DNA of 64,000 bases from Babesia bigemina (Eukaryota). The stretch lies in contig NC_027218.1 of NCBI RefSeq assembly GCF_000981445.1, positions 2,914,001 through 2,978,000 of the forward strand. The letters run 5' to 3'. Shown here piece after piece: positions 1 through 11,837 of the stretch. The translations under genes and the position numbers were made by a program. The notes beneath the pieces were generated by a model, which ran no database searches, had not been told where the DNA came from, and saw nothing but the letters and a program-made list of their open reading frames with translations. Position 1 is the stretch's first letter. Every line of letters starts with the position of its first letter.

Positions 1-2
1 AA

Positions 3-3000
3 AAGTCGTCGAAGAGTGCTTTCGGGCTTCAACCGCCACCATCTGAAGACAAAGCAACGCCGAAACCGTTGTTTTCATTTACGGTCAACAGCTTCTTCGG
101 AAACGAAACGGAGCCCACGCTGTTCAAGCCACCAATCACAGCAGCTGCGGGTAAGGATGCCAACAAAGAGGCCGCTCCAGCAGCGGCGACCCCAGGAGTG
201 ATCGATGAAGTAAAGGCGTTGTTTGGTATTACGGACCCCAAACCTGCGTTCCCCAACCTCTTCGGCAAGCAGACCACGGATGCGGCTGCTCCGCAGTTGC
301 CATTATTCGGCAACATCCAGCCAACTCCGACTGCCGATCCTCCTAGCGCTGCGAACGTCCCGCAGCCGTCGGCTCCAAGTGAGGAGGTAGAAAGTCACGA
401 ATCAGCCCAGAGTGAGGATGAACCCGAGGATATTTACTCGTTGGAAAGGGTCATAGAAGCCTATGAAAATGCGAAGGCAGTCAAGCGAGTAAAGCTAATA
501 CGACCCAAGCTCCCTGGTGACGTTAACTCCATGCGTATAGAAGGTGCCGTGCAGATGTCTGCAGATAAGCGTCTGCTGCATCATCTTCGGGACCTGGTGG
601 GATCACTGGTGGACCGTACAGTGACTGGCGCGATGTTAGACCGACGCTTGCACAACCAGTTCGACGACCCGATCGCTTTGTGTGGGTTAGATGAGCCTGC
701 GAGAAAGCGTTACCGGCGTTCGGTCAGGTCCCCGTCGTCTGATGCCAACGTGAGTCATGTGGATGCCTATGGAGCGTCGCCAACCTCTTCTCGCCGGGAT
801 TTGGGAGAGGTCAAAGGATTATCGGCACGGCTAACCCCCGTTGATGGCATTATGAGCGAAGGTGGCGTCAGGGACAGAGCCGCCCATCGATGTGTTGAGG
901 TTCTCTACCTGAATCGGCGCGGCAGCGAGCGTTTCCTGGTTAAAGCTTACATCAAGCACCTGGTTGACCACGGGGTCAGGAGCATCATAAAGCCTTGTTA
1001 TACCTGTGAGTCGTGCTGGAGTAACAACGGTTACGACATGCGAGACGTTTTAAAGATGCTAGGCTCCTCAACAGTGCAGATAACTAAAGGAGTGTACCGG
1101 CTGGCACGGTTCATCGTCAGGCATGCATCCAGAGCCACAGTCAAGGTGGTCAAATATGTTCATAAGCGGCTACGTGATTCCCGAGGTGACGACAGCGAGA
1201 CCGACGTTCCATACTCCCCGCCACTGATGCATTGCGATGGTGTGGGACATCTCGACCTGGCCGTAGTCACCGAACGTGCATTAAAAGACATGGCTATTTC
1301 GACCAGTTCGCGTGCACTTGCCACGGGGAAATATTTGGCGGGCGTATACGGGAGTTCTTCACGTTTGGCGCACAGATTTGCCGACTGCTTCAAGGAATCG
1401 TTGAATAGCGATGCTTCGCCACTGGAACTGTTGCTACGCGTGGCCATCAAAAGGTTGGATTTTATCGTTGGGAGCACCACTGCAAACATGCATGACAGTT
1501 TGGGCTACCAAGCACCCCTGCACACTTACAGCGTTTGGGGCACGGGCATTTCTTTCCACGTGGCCTTCTTTGACCCCTTGTTGGTACGGAGTGAGTTGTT
1601 GGCATCGTCACCTAGCGGGTCGAAAGGTCGCGACCTCACGGCTGAAGGGCCGCTCGGACGGTTAATTGAGGAGTACCACAGTTCCGACTACTGCCTGCGT
1701 CTAAAGCAGGATGTGCTGCACATGTCAGGGTTTGAAATTGGTGCCGATCGTTTGTTCCTGGGTGGATGCGCTTCGAGGCGGTTGGCGATGCAGTGCTGTT
1801 CTGCCAGCCCGCTGCAAACACGGAAGGATAGCGACCCCGAAAAGACTGCATTGCCATTAACGGTAGCGGTGTCTTTGAACTTGCGCGATGATGGCTTCGG
1901 CATACAAAGGGAGGTTCGGTTTACGCCATGCTCAAGAGAACATACTGTGTCGTCTCTGTCTCACGGTCTCCAAACGAGCGGACCTCATGACGGCGATGTA
2001 AACGGTGCTACTGTGGCTGTGGATTACCGTCTTTGCCACCGTTTTGAAGTGATTCATCCGGACGATCCGAGGTACCATAATACGGTGTCAATTGCTCTGT
2101 ATGCCCACTCGTGTCCCGTATACATCGGCAAGGAGGGGCTGCTGCACGAGCTGTTCACATGCGCAGTAATGCCAGATCTGCCAACGGTTGCCGTCGGCGC
2201 TTCTGGTATAGACTCCTACGGCGTCCTGTCAACGCTGATGCATGCCAGCGGGCCCGAAATCGGGGGGCAGTACCGCACGTGCGTGGTGTGCTACCGTCTG
2301 TCCGTTTCCACTCTGGACCTGCTGACCTTGTACGAGTACTTCAACACGAGCCTGCCAAACACGGTGAGCGTGTGTGGTTGTGCTGAGAAGAACCGAGAGA
2401 CATGCGCGACGAGGCTTGAGCAGGTTCTGTCGTCGGTGGAGGAACAGATGTTGGCCGAGGTCATCAGGTACGCGTCCAGCGTTGGCGTGCCTGTTGACGC
2501 CAGCTTGATGCGCACGCGCATTGTGTTCGCATGTGTTGGTTTCGAGCAGCATTACGACGAGCAAAGCGCTTCCAAGGCCATCTGTCCTAAGTGTAGGGAG
2601 CCGGATACCCCCAGAGGTCGGGAAGCCACAAGTCAAGACAACATTGCATTACCCAACCACGGAAACGAAGTGTCTAATAATACGGGTTTCCAATCGGTAA
2701 TACGTATTCCTCGCATGACGTACCCCGAGGGATTCCGAAGAGGCCTCGAAATGGCCGCTGATGCGACTGTAAAATCGCAAGCAGTGTTTGTGCTTCAGAA
2801 CCCGTTCGCAATCCCGGATATTCACACATTCCTCTTGCGGCTTTTGAAGTCGTCGCAGTCGGGTGCCGAAGGCCTGTCTACGGATCTTCCAGGAATGCTA
2901 ACGGCGTGCCTCGATCGCACAATATCGCACGTTACATCGCATTTCGCCGTGAGCCACTGGGATGTCAACACAAGCGCCGTTATTCAGCAGGATGTCGAAA

Positions 3001-3269
3001 TACCTGCTGAATTCGGTATAGATGCTGAGCCGCTTTCGAGGTACTCCAAGGAATCGTATATGCTGCTGCTGCGCGCCTTGCAGATGGCGGCCACGGCCAG
3101 CTCCGGAGCCTCCCGTAAGAACGTTAAAGCGAGTATGGCGGCTGCAGAACCGGACAACCCCGACGCCCTCATCTCGAGAGTGCTGGACAAGGTCATAGTG
3201 CGCACGTATCACGTGCCGTATTCCATTGGCCTTTATATGGATACCGTCGGTAGCAAGCATTCAGCTTAG
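3..3269 (+). CDS. Large hypothetical protein, 5' end outside the window; N-terminal low-complexity region with FG-like motifs (possible nucleoporin)
   Basis: The frame is open from nt 3 (KSSKSAFGLQPP...) to TAG at 3269, >1080 codons. AFG, SFFG, ALFG, NLFG and PLFG lie in a P/A/T-rich spacer. The remainder is not recognised. Confidence 0.75.
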   Translation, partial: KSSKSAFGLQPPPSEDKATPKPLFSFTVNSFFGNETEPTLFKPPITAAAGKDANKEAAPAAATPGVIDEVKALFGITDPKPAFPNLFGKQTTDAAAPQLPLFGNIQPTPTADPPSAANVPQPSAPSEEVESHESAQSEDEPEDIYSLERVIEAYENAKAVKRVKLIRPKLPGDVNSMRIEGAVQMSADKRLLHHLRDLVGSLVDRTVTGAMLDRRLHNQFDDPIALCGLDEPARKRYRRSVRSPSSDANVSHVDAYGASPTSSRRDLGEVKGLSARLTPVDGIMSEGGVRDRAAHRCVEVLYLNRRGSERFLVKAYIKHLVDHGVRSIIKPCYTCESCWSNNGYDMRDVLKMLGSSTVQITKGVYRLARFIVRHASRATVKVVKYVHKRLRDSRGDDSETDVPYSPPLMHCDGVGHLDLAVVTERALKDMAISTSSRALATGKYLAGVYGSSSRLAHRFADCFKESLNSDASPLELLLRVAIKRLDFIVGSTTANMHDSLGYQAPLHTYSVWGTGISFHVAFFDPLLVRSELLASSPSGSKGRDLTAEGPLGRLIEEYHSSDYCLRLKQDVLHMSGFEIGADRLFLGGCASRRLAMQCCSASPLQTRKDSDPEKTALPLTVAVSLNLRDDGFGIQREVRFTPCSREHTVSSLSHGLQTSGPHDGDVNGATVAVDYRLCHRFEVIHPDDPRYHNTVSIALYAHSCPVYIGKEGLLHELFTCAVMPDLPTVAVGASGIDSYGVLSTLMHASGPEIGGQYRTCVVCYRLSVSTLDLLTLYEYFNTSLPNTVSVCGCAEKNRETCATRLEQVLSSVEEQMLAEVIRYASSVGVPVDASLMRTRIVFACVGFEQHYDEQSASKAICPKCREPDTPRGREATSQDNIALPNHGNEVSNNTGFQSVIRIPRMTYPEGFRRGLEMAADATVKSQAVFVLQNPFAIPDIHTFLLRLLKSSQSGAEGLSTDLPGMLTACLDRTISHVTSHFAVSHWDVNTSAVIQQDVEIPAEFGIDAEPLSRYSKESYMLLLRALQMAATASSGASRKNVKASMAAAEPDNPDALISRVLDKVIVRTYHVPYSIGLYMDTVGSKHSA

Positions 3270-3785
3270 TGCCATCGTGGCAAACGTAGTTGCAATGTTC
3301 TCTTAAAGAATACATTTGCGGGCTTTATGAAGCTTGTTTGGCACGGTGAACGCGCCATGCGAATTCTATATGCGTGTTTGGAGTTCGTATGGGCCGTGAC
3401 GGCACCGACCGGAGCACCGTTTACAGCCGGAGTGAGCGCACTGCTCGATACGCGGTATACGAGCCACATACGGCGTCGGTGAATGCACTAATTGGTTCTA
3501 TGGAACCAAATACACGCCAAAACGAAGGCCAGGGGTTCGCTACGTAGACTCAACAGTAACCTCGGCAGTCTTTCACACCGATGGGTTGGTTGGCCGTGGC
3601 ACACACACACTCTCACAGCGAGTCGCATTTGGTTCAGAAACGTGTCTTTTCTTGAGCTCCGTCCAATTTCGCGGCGGGCGTAGTGTGCTGATGCTCCGCG
3701 TCCGACGCCGCGCCACCGTCTGACGTATGTGGCGTGTTCAATGTGTATGCTAATGATTAATTTGTAAGAAACTCCCTAGTTCGTG

Positions 3786-5006
3786 ATGGAGTTTCCCGGG
3801 GCCGGAGATACGTCGGCGCCGAAGTCCGCGGCCAACAGCGGTTCTCTGGACGAGGTATGCGCACAATTCCACATTTTAAATGCCGCAGGTCAAACGCATA
3901 CGTTGCGAGCTGAGCCTGAAGCTGCTGCGCGGCCTGGATTTGTACGTGGAAGAGATTCTTCACCAGACTCCCTTCGTAACAGCCTACGTGCTAAGTGACA
4001 ACAAACAGTAGGTGTATTACGCGGCCTGTACATCGTCCGCAGATGGGAACGCAGTGGAGTTGAGGGGTTTTTGTACCTGCTGAAGCGCAGCAATGAGCCG
4101 CGCCACAGCCTAATCGTGGTAAACCGCAAATCGGAGCGCCATCTCATGGAGTTCATCACACCCGAATTCCAGATAACGCGTGAAAACAACTACATCTTCT
4201 ACCGCGCGCTGTCTATGCAAACGGTAGGCGTGCGATGCCGCGTCAGTTAACGAGTATGCAGCGCACTATGCAGAACACCCGCAGCCTCTGGTTCTATGAC
4301 GAGAAGGAGTGCGTCAAGACATTCGAGAAGATCCTTGCAGTGGCAGTCAACCGTGAGCCCGTGCCCGGTTTCAGCAAAAATGCGAAGCCGGACACGGTGC
4401 CTCCTACGGCGGCAGTGACGGCAAACAGCCCCCCTGTGGCTGCGAGCACCCTCAACGCCCACGCCGAACCGACCGTATGTTCATGGTATACGATGACATC
4501 ATACCCTCCAGCAGGTGTATCCGACGCCAGACACGGATAAGATGAGGGCTATGGGTGGATTTAATAATGCAGGAACGCTGTATCAGCAAAGGGCTAATGT
4601 GTCAGGGGCGCCTTCGGGCCCCGCAGCCTCGGCGCCCATGCCCCCTGCGCCAATGGCGAGCACCGGAAGTAACCTGCCGCCTGTCGCTGCCACGGAGCCA
4701 ACGAGCAAAGATCCTCAGAGGTTCGTGAACATGCTGAAGCCGCTGATACGCGGTGGGAACCAATCGCCTGCGGGCTATACGCCGCGGACTTCCGTCATGC
4801 CCCCTGTACACTTCCCATCGCCGGCGTTCGCCCCGCAGTTCCAGCCGCGCGAACAGCAGCCCATGGCGCTTCCCACCGGCAGCATGCCGATCACCGTGAC
4901 CTACGAAATGCTGTGCGCCGCGTGTGCCGAGACGATGCAGAGTGAGGACTTCCTGAAGTTGCTGTGGCGGCGTCTGACCGAAAAGGCCGCCCGCTACAAC
5001 GGCTGA
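3786..5006 (+). CDS. DCP1: mRNA-decapping enzyme subunit 1 (Dcp1 EVH1-like domain plus Pro-rich tail), multi-exon
   Basis: Spliced translation ELSLKLLRGLDLYVEEILHQTPFVTAY...WERSGVEGFLYLLKRSNEPRHSLIVVNRKS...NNYIFYR...RSLWFYDEKEC matches the Dcp1 pattern. Short GT-AG introns at ~3855, ~4008, ~4224 and ~4475. Confidence 0.85.
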
Positions 5007-5046
5007 GCCGCGCAATGTCACTTGCAGTTGTTTAATTTTTAATGTC

Positions 5047-7005
5047 ATGTCTGTAGTTCAATCGCCCTTGCTGCGGCAGCTGCGAGGTCGCCTCTCGCAG
5101 GCCCTTGCCTCGGAGAGCAGCAGACAGGGTAAGTGTCGTAGCCTGGGCCTAGTATTGACTGATACATTCACTTCAATGCGATGTGTATGCGTCAGTGTTA
5201 CCGACTTTGGGTTATTTGCCATACACATCGCTCTGCAGTCTTCATGGTCGGCCCGGAAGGCCGTGGCAAGACAACGCTGCTGAAGGAGCTTATGAAACAG
5301 GGGCAAATCCCAGGCCCGTATGACTTACGTTACGCATACTACGACTTCGGCGCAAATGCGAACCACAACTTCCAGGTAGGAGCTGCCAGCAATGCGCATT
5401 CCATAGGCTGCGCAGGTCATGGTGACGCAATGGTCATCTTCTCTGATATCGCAAAACCCGCTTGTCGGCAAGATCGAGCACGACGAATGCTCTAAGGTCT
5501 TCGATGCGGTCAATGGCGACATACCCGAGCTGCAAGGCCACATTCGATCCTTCTTGAAGCGCATATGTACGTTTTGGCTTATCGTGTACATTATTCTCCA
5601 GTGTCCTTAAAGCGCCTTGACAAGCGCGTAGCCGCTACCGTACAAGGGATTGTAAACTCGAAATCTGAGGTTAGCAGGTCAACGGTGAACATGACATCCT
5701 GCAGATCACCGGTGCCACGTGGCACGACACCTGTCTTCTGCTCCTGAAGCATGCACCAGCCACGCTCGGTATCCACAACGTTTCCGCGGTCGGGAGCACC
5801 GAGCCGTTCTTCTACGGACTATATGCCGTCGGCATCATCGCAGAGAAGGCGGAGATAGAATCGCGAGGCGAGGCTAACCCGAGCTCGTTGCTCACTGGCA
5901 CCTGGGTAGGAAAAGGTTGTGTGCCTTTAATATCTCGACAGGCCACGAAGTATCTGCTCAAAGCGTGCTCAGCATTATCGCAACTTCACAGATCTAGGCT
6001 GGTGTTGTGCTTTGATGGCGTACACCATCTCACAAGGTCGCCATTCTTGAACGACCGTGGAGGCAGATTCCTCCACCAGCTGCTGTCCGGTATGCAGGCC
6101 AACAATCTGCACTCCGTGCTCATTTCTGACGACTGCGTGTCCACCATGCCACTGGTTGATGAGCGGTTGTCGGCCAAGTTGGACGACGTGTCCATGCAGC
6201 CCAACGAGCCACCGTCGGCTGAGGCAACCGTCGACCGGTCGTCTCTCGTGTGGTTGGATGTCCCGGAGTTGGAGCCTACTGTCGCTCGCGCGGCACTCAA
6301 GCAGGGCATTTGGAACTGCGATCGCGTGGTTAAAGCGCTGATGAAAGTTAGTGGCGGCAACATGAAGTTGCTGAGTAATCTCGTACGGTCATACCGTGAG
6401 ATGGAGCTGTCGCTGGACCTGCCCGCGGTACACCAGATTCTGGCCGGTTCTGTAAGTCCTGTGGACGACGAGTATTTCCCTCTCAAAGGAACCGTGGAAG
6501 AGCAGGCCCGGTACCTGCAGGAGGAGCGCTGCAAAATGTTCGTGCGCAACGTCCACAACGCCGCGTTGGCGACCGAAGTGGGACAGTTCGAGAACTTGAT
6601 GAACCGCTTCCTCAGCCTGCCTGCGATGGAGGCAGTACGCCACCGGTTGAATAACAATGTGCATTTCTGGGTGACGGTGTCGGAAACCGTTCGCTACCTG
6701 CTAAGCAAGCCGATGCTCCAGCTGCGCCCCGGGGCGACCATTGACAACAAGGTGGTGCTTTCGCTTATATCTACAGGCATATTGCACCTCAACGTCCAGC
6801 ATCGCACTCTCGAGTTCAAGGACTCTTTGACGCGGTTCCTCATAGAGGCGTTCATCGACAACGAGTACGGTGGGTGTATGGGAGTCCCTTTTATGTAATG
6901 AGTGCAACAGAGTCGCTATCGTGGATTGAGCAGATCGAGTACAAGGCCAACTACCTGCTGAACCAGCGCACCATATATGGCGAGACTGACCGCTTCTTAT
7001 TATGA
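5047..7005 (+). CDS. Uncharacterised P-loop NTPase-like protein, multi-exon
   Basis: Walker A (VFMVGPEGRGKTTLL) at ~5240-5280 and Walker B-like LVLCFDG in exon 5940-6870. Several ~35-nt GT-AG introns. Last exon ...YGETDRFLL* ends at 7005. Confidence 0.7.
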
Positions 7006-7239
7006 AGGCCGGGGCCGCACATGCAGATTACGGCTGTTGCTCAGCTGGTTCATGCTAGAGCAAACGTGGAAGAGCAAGTTCACAAACAAACGTAGCAACA
7101 TTCTAGCTTTTAATGGCAGACGTTCATGTATAACGTCAGATTTTTGTATGATCCGATGTTGCCAAACACGCCTCAGATGGCGCTCCTTGCGCGGGGTGAG
7201 AGGTATGTCGTGCCAGTTATTGCACCCACAGCTTGCGAT

Positions 7240-8922
7240 TCACGATTCTTTAGTTTCTGAGGTCTCTTCCCGCATTTGCGATCCGTGTATTGACCAGTCC
7301 GGCGCGATGTCGATTTCCTCCCTGAAACGCATGACCGTAAGTTCAGATGGCAAACCTCGGGTACAAGAGTTCCGCAATCCACCACTCCGCGTATAAGAAA
7401 ATGATTATGGCGATTAGCAACCCCCCTGTGGCCGGATGGAACATATGGCAGCGGGTAACCTACTGAATATGGTGTCGATTTCCCAGTATATGCTGATGAC
7501 GTCAATCACGGGACGCCGGGGTTCCCGCACCACATTTTCGTAGACACGCGAAACCTCGCCGGCGACTCTGGCCCAGGAGTACATCTGTCTCACCCTGCTG
7601 TGCAGTTTCTGCCGGTCCACGGACGGCAGCATCTCGATGGCATCATCAATACGATTGGCGATGCTTTCCGGCGAGTAGTTGGCCAGCAGCACCATGTCGT
7701 GCGGCAGGATCTCGTGCACCCCTCCCACGTTTGTGGACACGCACAAAAGCCCGGACGAAACTGCTTCTAGAATGGCAATGCAGAACGACTCGCTCTTCGA
7801 TGTGTTGAGGAAAATGTCACCCCGTTTGAGCACGGCGTTGACCTTGTAGTTTGGCACAGCGCCTAGGAGGGTGACCCTTTTATGCAGGTACAGCTTGTCG
7901 ACGCACTCCACGATGCTCGCGTAGAGCGGGCCGTCCCCACCGATGATGAAGTCGACGTTCTCATGGCGCTTGCAGACGATGGGTATGACGTCGGTCAGCA
8001 GCTCAGTGCCCTTCTTGAGGGTGAGGCGGCTGACCACCACGATTATGATACGCCCGTCATTTCTACTAGTTTCACTGGGCAGGAATATGTCCGGGTCCTG
8101 CGGGGATTTCGGTTCGCATTCCCAATATACTCACGATGGCGTTGCCGATGACGGATGCGGCGGTTGGGTCCATCTGCGTTCGCAAAACCAGGTTTTCCTT
8201 GTGCGTGGTCGAGACGCATATGGTGTGATTGAGCACCACGGCCTGGTGCTTCAGGTACTGCATGTGAGTCATGCGCCGGCGGTGTCTAACTCACATCCGT
8301 AGTCGTGATGGGCCCAAGGTCGGTGAAGCTGAATAGGCTGTGGTCCGTGAAGACGGTTTTGAGCCCCATGATGTATGCCACGTGCACGAATTCGCTGGCG
8401 TAGCGCGAGGTGGTCTGTGAAGTGGTGAGGAAATGACACGTTTGGGGGGATGGTGACCCAGCGAAAGTCACACCTACGCATGGTGATTAAAACCATACCT
8501 GGTGAACGTGCACGATGTCAACCTGCTCTCTGATGTAGATGTTGCGCGCAAGCAGGAAGGTGTCGAAGAATCCGGGCATCCCACATGGCTTGATGTAGAA
8601 GATGGTGGGTATGTGGTACACCTTCATGCCATTGGACAGGTACCTCACGCCTCGCCGATCGCCAAAGTGCCTCGTAACCATTACCACGCGGTATCCTGCA
8701 CGGGATTTGCCACTATAGAGATGTCAGCTCACCTAGCTCAATCAGCCCCGTTGACAATGCGCAGATGTGCGTTTCGATACCGCCTATGTCGGGGTAGAAG
8801 AACTCGGAAACCATGAGGATGGTACGCCGACGTCTCGGCTTAAGTGGCGTCGAACCCGCGCCATCATCAGCTTCTGCGGGATCCGTCGGCTTGGGTGGAT
8901 CCTTCGCTCTTTTTCGAGCCAT
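7240..8922 (-). CDS. PIGA: Phosphatidylinositol N-acetylglucosaminyltransferase subunit A (GPI anchor biosynthesis), multi-exon
   Basis: ILMVSEFFYPDIGGIETHI, RGVRYLSNGMKVYHIP, VFTDHSLF, VVSRLTLKKG and GDIFLNTSKSESFCIAILEAVSSGL, then a C-terminal TM and EEIDIAPDW. All are PIG-A/Gpi3 hallmarks. Confidence 0.95.
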
Positions 8923-9365
8923 GGAGTCACCGACTTTGCGATTCCGCTGCAATAGTGGTTTGCAGCGCCTGCCAAACGCGTGCAGCGATGTTGATCACAT
9001 CTCGAGCCCCCTATTGTCCTCCCATTTCACAAAACCCCGAGATTCCATGCCTTGCGCCGTCTCGACGTGATACTGGTAGACAGGCCGCAGTGCATTACAC
9101 ATGTAGGAAGCAGGCGCGTATTGCGGTCGTACCATTCCTCAATGTGCAGGGATATTAAATGTTAATAATTAACAAAGTGGCACCGTGCCGTGCCACTCAT
9201 AAACTACTCCAAACTATGGGCTAATGTGTGGTAGCTTCATGGGTGTCTCTGGCTGTATCCCTCGCCAATGCCGCCCTTCAAATCTTATATTTCACGTTTA
9301 GAAGCTGCGACGGCGCTGCTGCGGTTGTAGAATGCCTATGTGCAGCGTTCATTGCGCAGCACGAA

Positions 9366-11613
9366 CTATAACCATCTGTCTTCCGGGCCGTTAGGCTGAC
9401 GCTGTCTTCCTTCTTCGTGCGTTCGGAAAATCACCCGTTTGTCTGCAACGGCGTTTGTTAGCGAATCACGGGTACCTAGTTACCTGGGTGTAAGACAAAA
9501 AGCTCTCCGCGCTCATTTATCGCGTACACATCTTGCCTGCTCCTCATGGCGGCGAAGTCGGTGACGTACTTCTGCGCCATCTGGACGGTATCCGAGGCGT
9601 TGGAGGCGCCTGCATCCACTATAGACTCGTGGTTCTCCCACTGGAGGGCAACCACGTTCAACAGCGCGCCCTTGCGGACGTCCAGTACCGCCAGCTGCTC
9701 CCTGACGTTGAAGAGCAAGTAGTCGCCGTTGGCGATGGAGTGGAGCTGCATTCGTTGCGCATAGCTCTTCGGACTGCCGGTCTGGTAGGGCTTGGTGAGG
9801 CTGTCGATGTCGAACTGGTTGATGGCGCGGTAGTTCTTGCCGTCATACTGCTCGACGTGGCCCTTGTGACCTGGTGACAATCAGGTCATTGTTAGTTAGT
9901 GGCTTAAACCTACGTGCGACGAATAGGAAGTTGCCCTCAGGGCTGCATTCAATCGCCGTCGGCATTCCTCGTTCTTTGAACTTGGGCGTCTTCGGGCCGC
10001 GTGCCGTGCTCGGCGGACGCACGGGGCTAGGGCCAGCGTCACTGGGTTGCGCCTCCTAAGGTTGCTATAAGTCAAAACATGGCACGCTTACCGGCCGTGC
10101 TGTCGAATCGGGACCGGAGTACAGGCGCCTGTTGTGGTCGACAAGCTTGTACTTCGCCATCAGGCTGCTGCCCGCCGGGCCTCTTGTCCTCCGCTGTGGC
10201 ACCCTGGACGCTGCACTGCTGGAGGATGTGGAAGTCGCTGCACTCGAGTCCATCCCCATCAACAGGTCAGTCACAGAGACCGTGCTCCTAAGCCGCTTGG
10301 TTTTGGGCGGCGGCCTGTCCAGCGGCAAACTTGGCCCGGCTCCAATTTTGATCCCCAGGACAGAATCCGCCTCGGACTGTTTAGCCGAAACTGCCGGCGA
10401 CAATGGGCCTTCCCGAGATGCTTGCGCTTTGATGGACGGGCCCTTTGTGGTCCCCATGACGTAGGACCATATTTGGTCTTCATTTTCGAAATCCTGAGAC
10501 AGTGCGATGGGTAGTTCTCGGGGTTTGGACAGGGCACCTCCGTTCTCGCCGTATGCCACGCTGCAGCCGTGCACGATGGATAGGATGTCGGAACTCCCCC
10601 GGTTGCCCAGCGATACCAGCGGTCTGTTGTGCCGCCGCAGGTCCCAGACGCACACCGACGTGTCCTCGTAGCCAGCTACCAACAGATATTGATTATGCGG
10701 CTGGAAAGATAACGCCGTGACTTCCGCGTTTACTTTCACGTTGCTGTAGTTGAACGTGGTCCCGGCGCGCATGTCGCATGTTGCGATGGACCCGCAGGCG
10801 AGGCCGGCTGCGATGAGGGGGTTCGTGCTGTTCGACTTCTCCACCGCCAACCTTTTCACAGTTGACAGCTTCAGGCCGAACGTGTATGCGATATCCAGAA
10901 CGTTGAGGTCCCACACCTGCGCCATTATCAGGCGCCGGTTCCACGAACTCACGTTGACCATGGAGTCACCCGCAGAGAGGAAGATGCCATCGTCGACGGT
11001 GTACCACACGCAGTCATTGCACTTCGACTTGTACGTGAACGGCTTCGTGAGTGACACCTCGCATGGTGACGGCGAGGGGCACGACGCGCTGCTGGCGTTG
11101 CATGAGCAGGGCGTGAACTCTTCCCCGCGTCCTGGTACAAATTGTGAAACTCCTTGCCAGTCACATACTTCTCACGGAACGGTCACTGTAGATCTCCGAT
11201 GGCACGTGTATCACGCAGAAGCAAGATCTGCTGGAGCACAGCAGGAACTCCCTGAGGGCCGATGACCGCCATTTTAAGCATTCGTATGCAAACAACAGCC
11301 ACGCCGGCGAATGTTTGATTAACACCGCACACCGTTTGGATGTGCTGTGGTTGTGCAAAATACTGGAGGCGCATGCTGGCACTGTCGTTTAGTCAGTGCC
11401 TCTGCGGTGGCATGCATCACCTACCCGGAGGTGCTGATCTCAACTCTGTTCTGGTTGCGGCAGGGCAGGTTGAAGAGCCCGTAGGAGTTGCATACGGATA
11501 TACATCGAGCGCATCTCTGAACAAACGTGTGCTGCTGTCATATTGATCGTGTGTCGGAGTTTATAAGCGTGCCACTTCGGCAAGAGATGCAACACGGCAG
11601 AAACGTTTGCCAT
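9366..11613 (-). CDS. ERCC8: WD40-repeat protein, ERCC8/CSA (Rad28)-like, multi-exon
   Basis: CVWYTVDDGIFLSAG...VWDLN, LIAAGLACGSIATCDMRAG and VTALSFQPHNQYLLVAGYEDTSVCVWDLRR align by eye with CSA repeats (WYPHDTGMF, LCDLKSG, WDVRR). Start and end exons are inferred from splice signals. Confidence 0.65.
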
Positions 11614-11837
11614 CCATCGTTGCGTCAATGCCAACCACCTGATGTCAGGAGCACTATGCTCCTTCTCAGGCGGCCGTGTCTGCGAAGCTCGACGCCACAG
11701 CTCGTACCTGCTCGATGTAGTCCTGCCGGAACCTGCGGCGCCGGTCGAAAAGCATTGATGCGTCGAGCGGCCGGCACCGACTCCCACCGCTGGGAAGTGT
11801 GTATTTAAATTAAATGTTTAATGGTGTTGCTGGCGCG

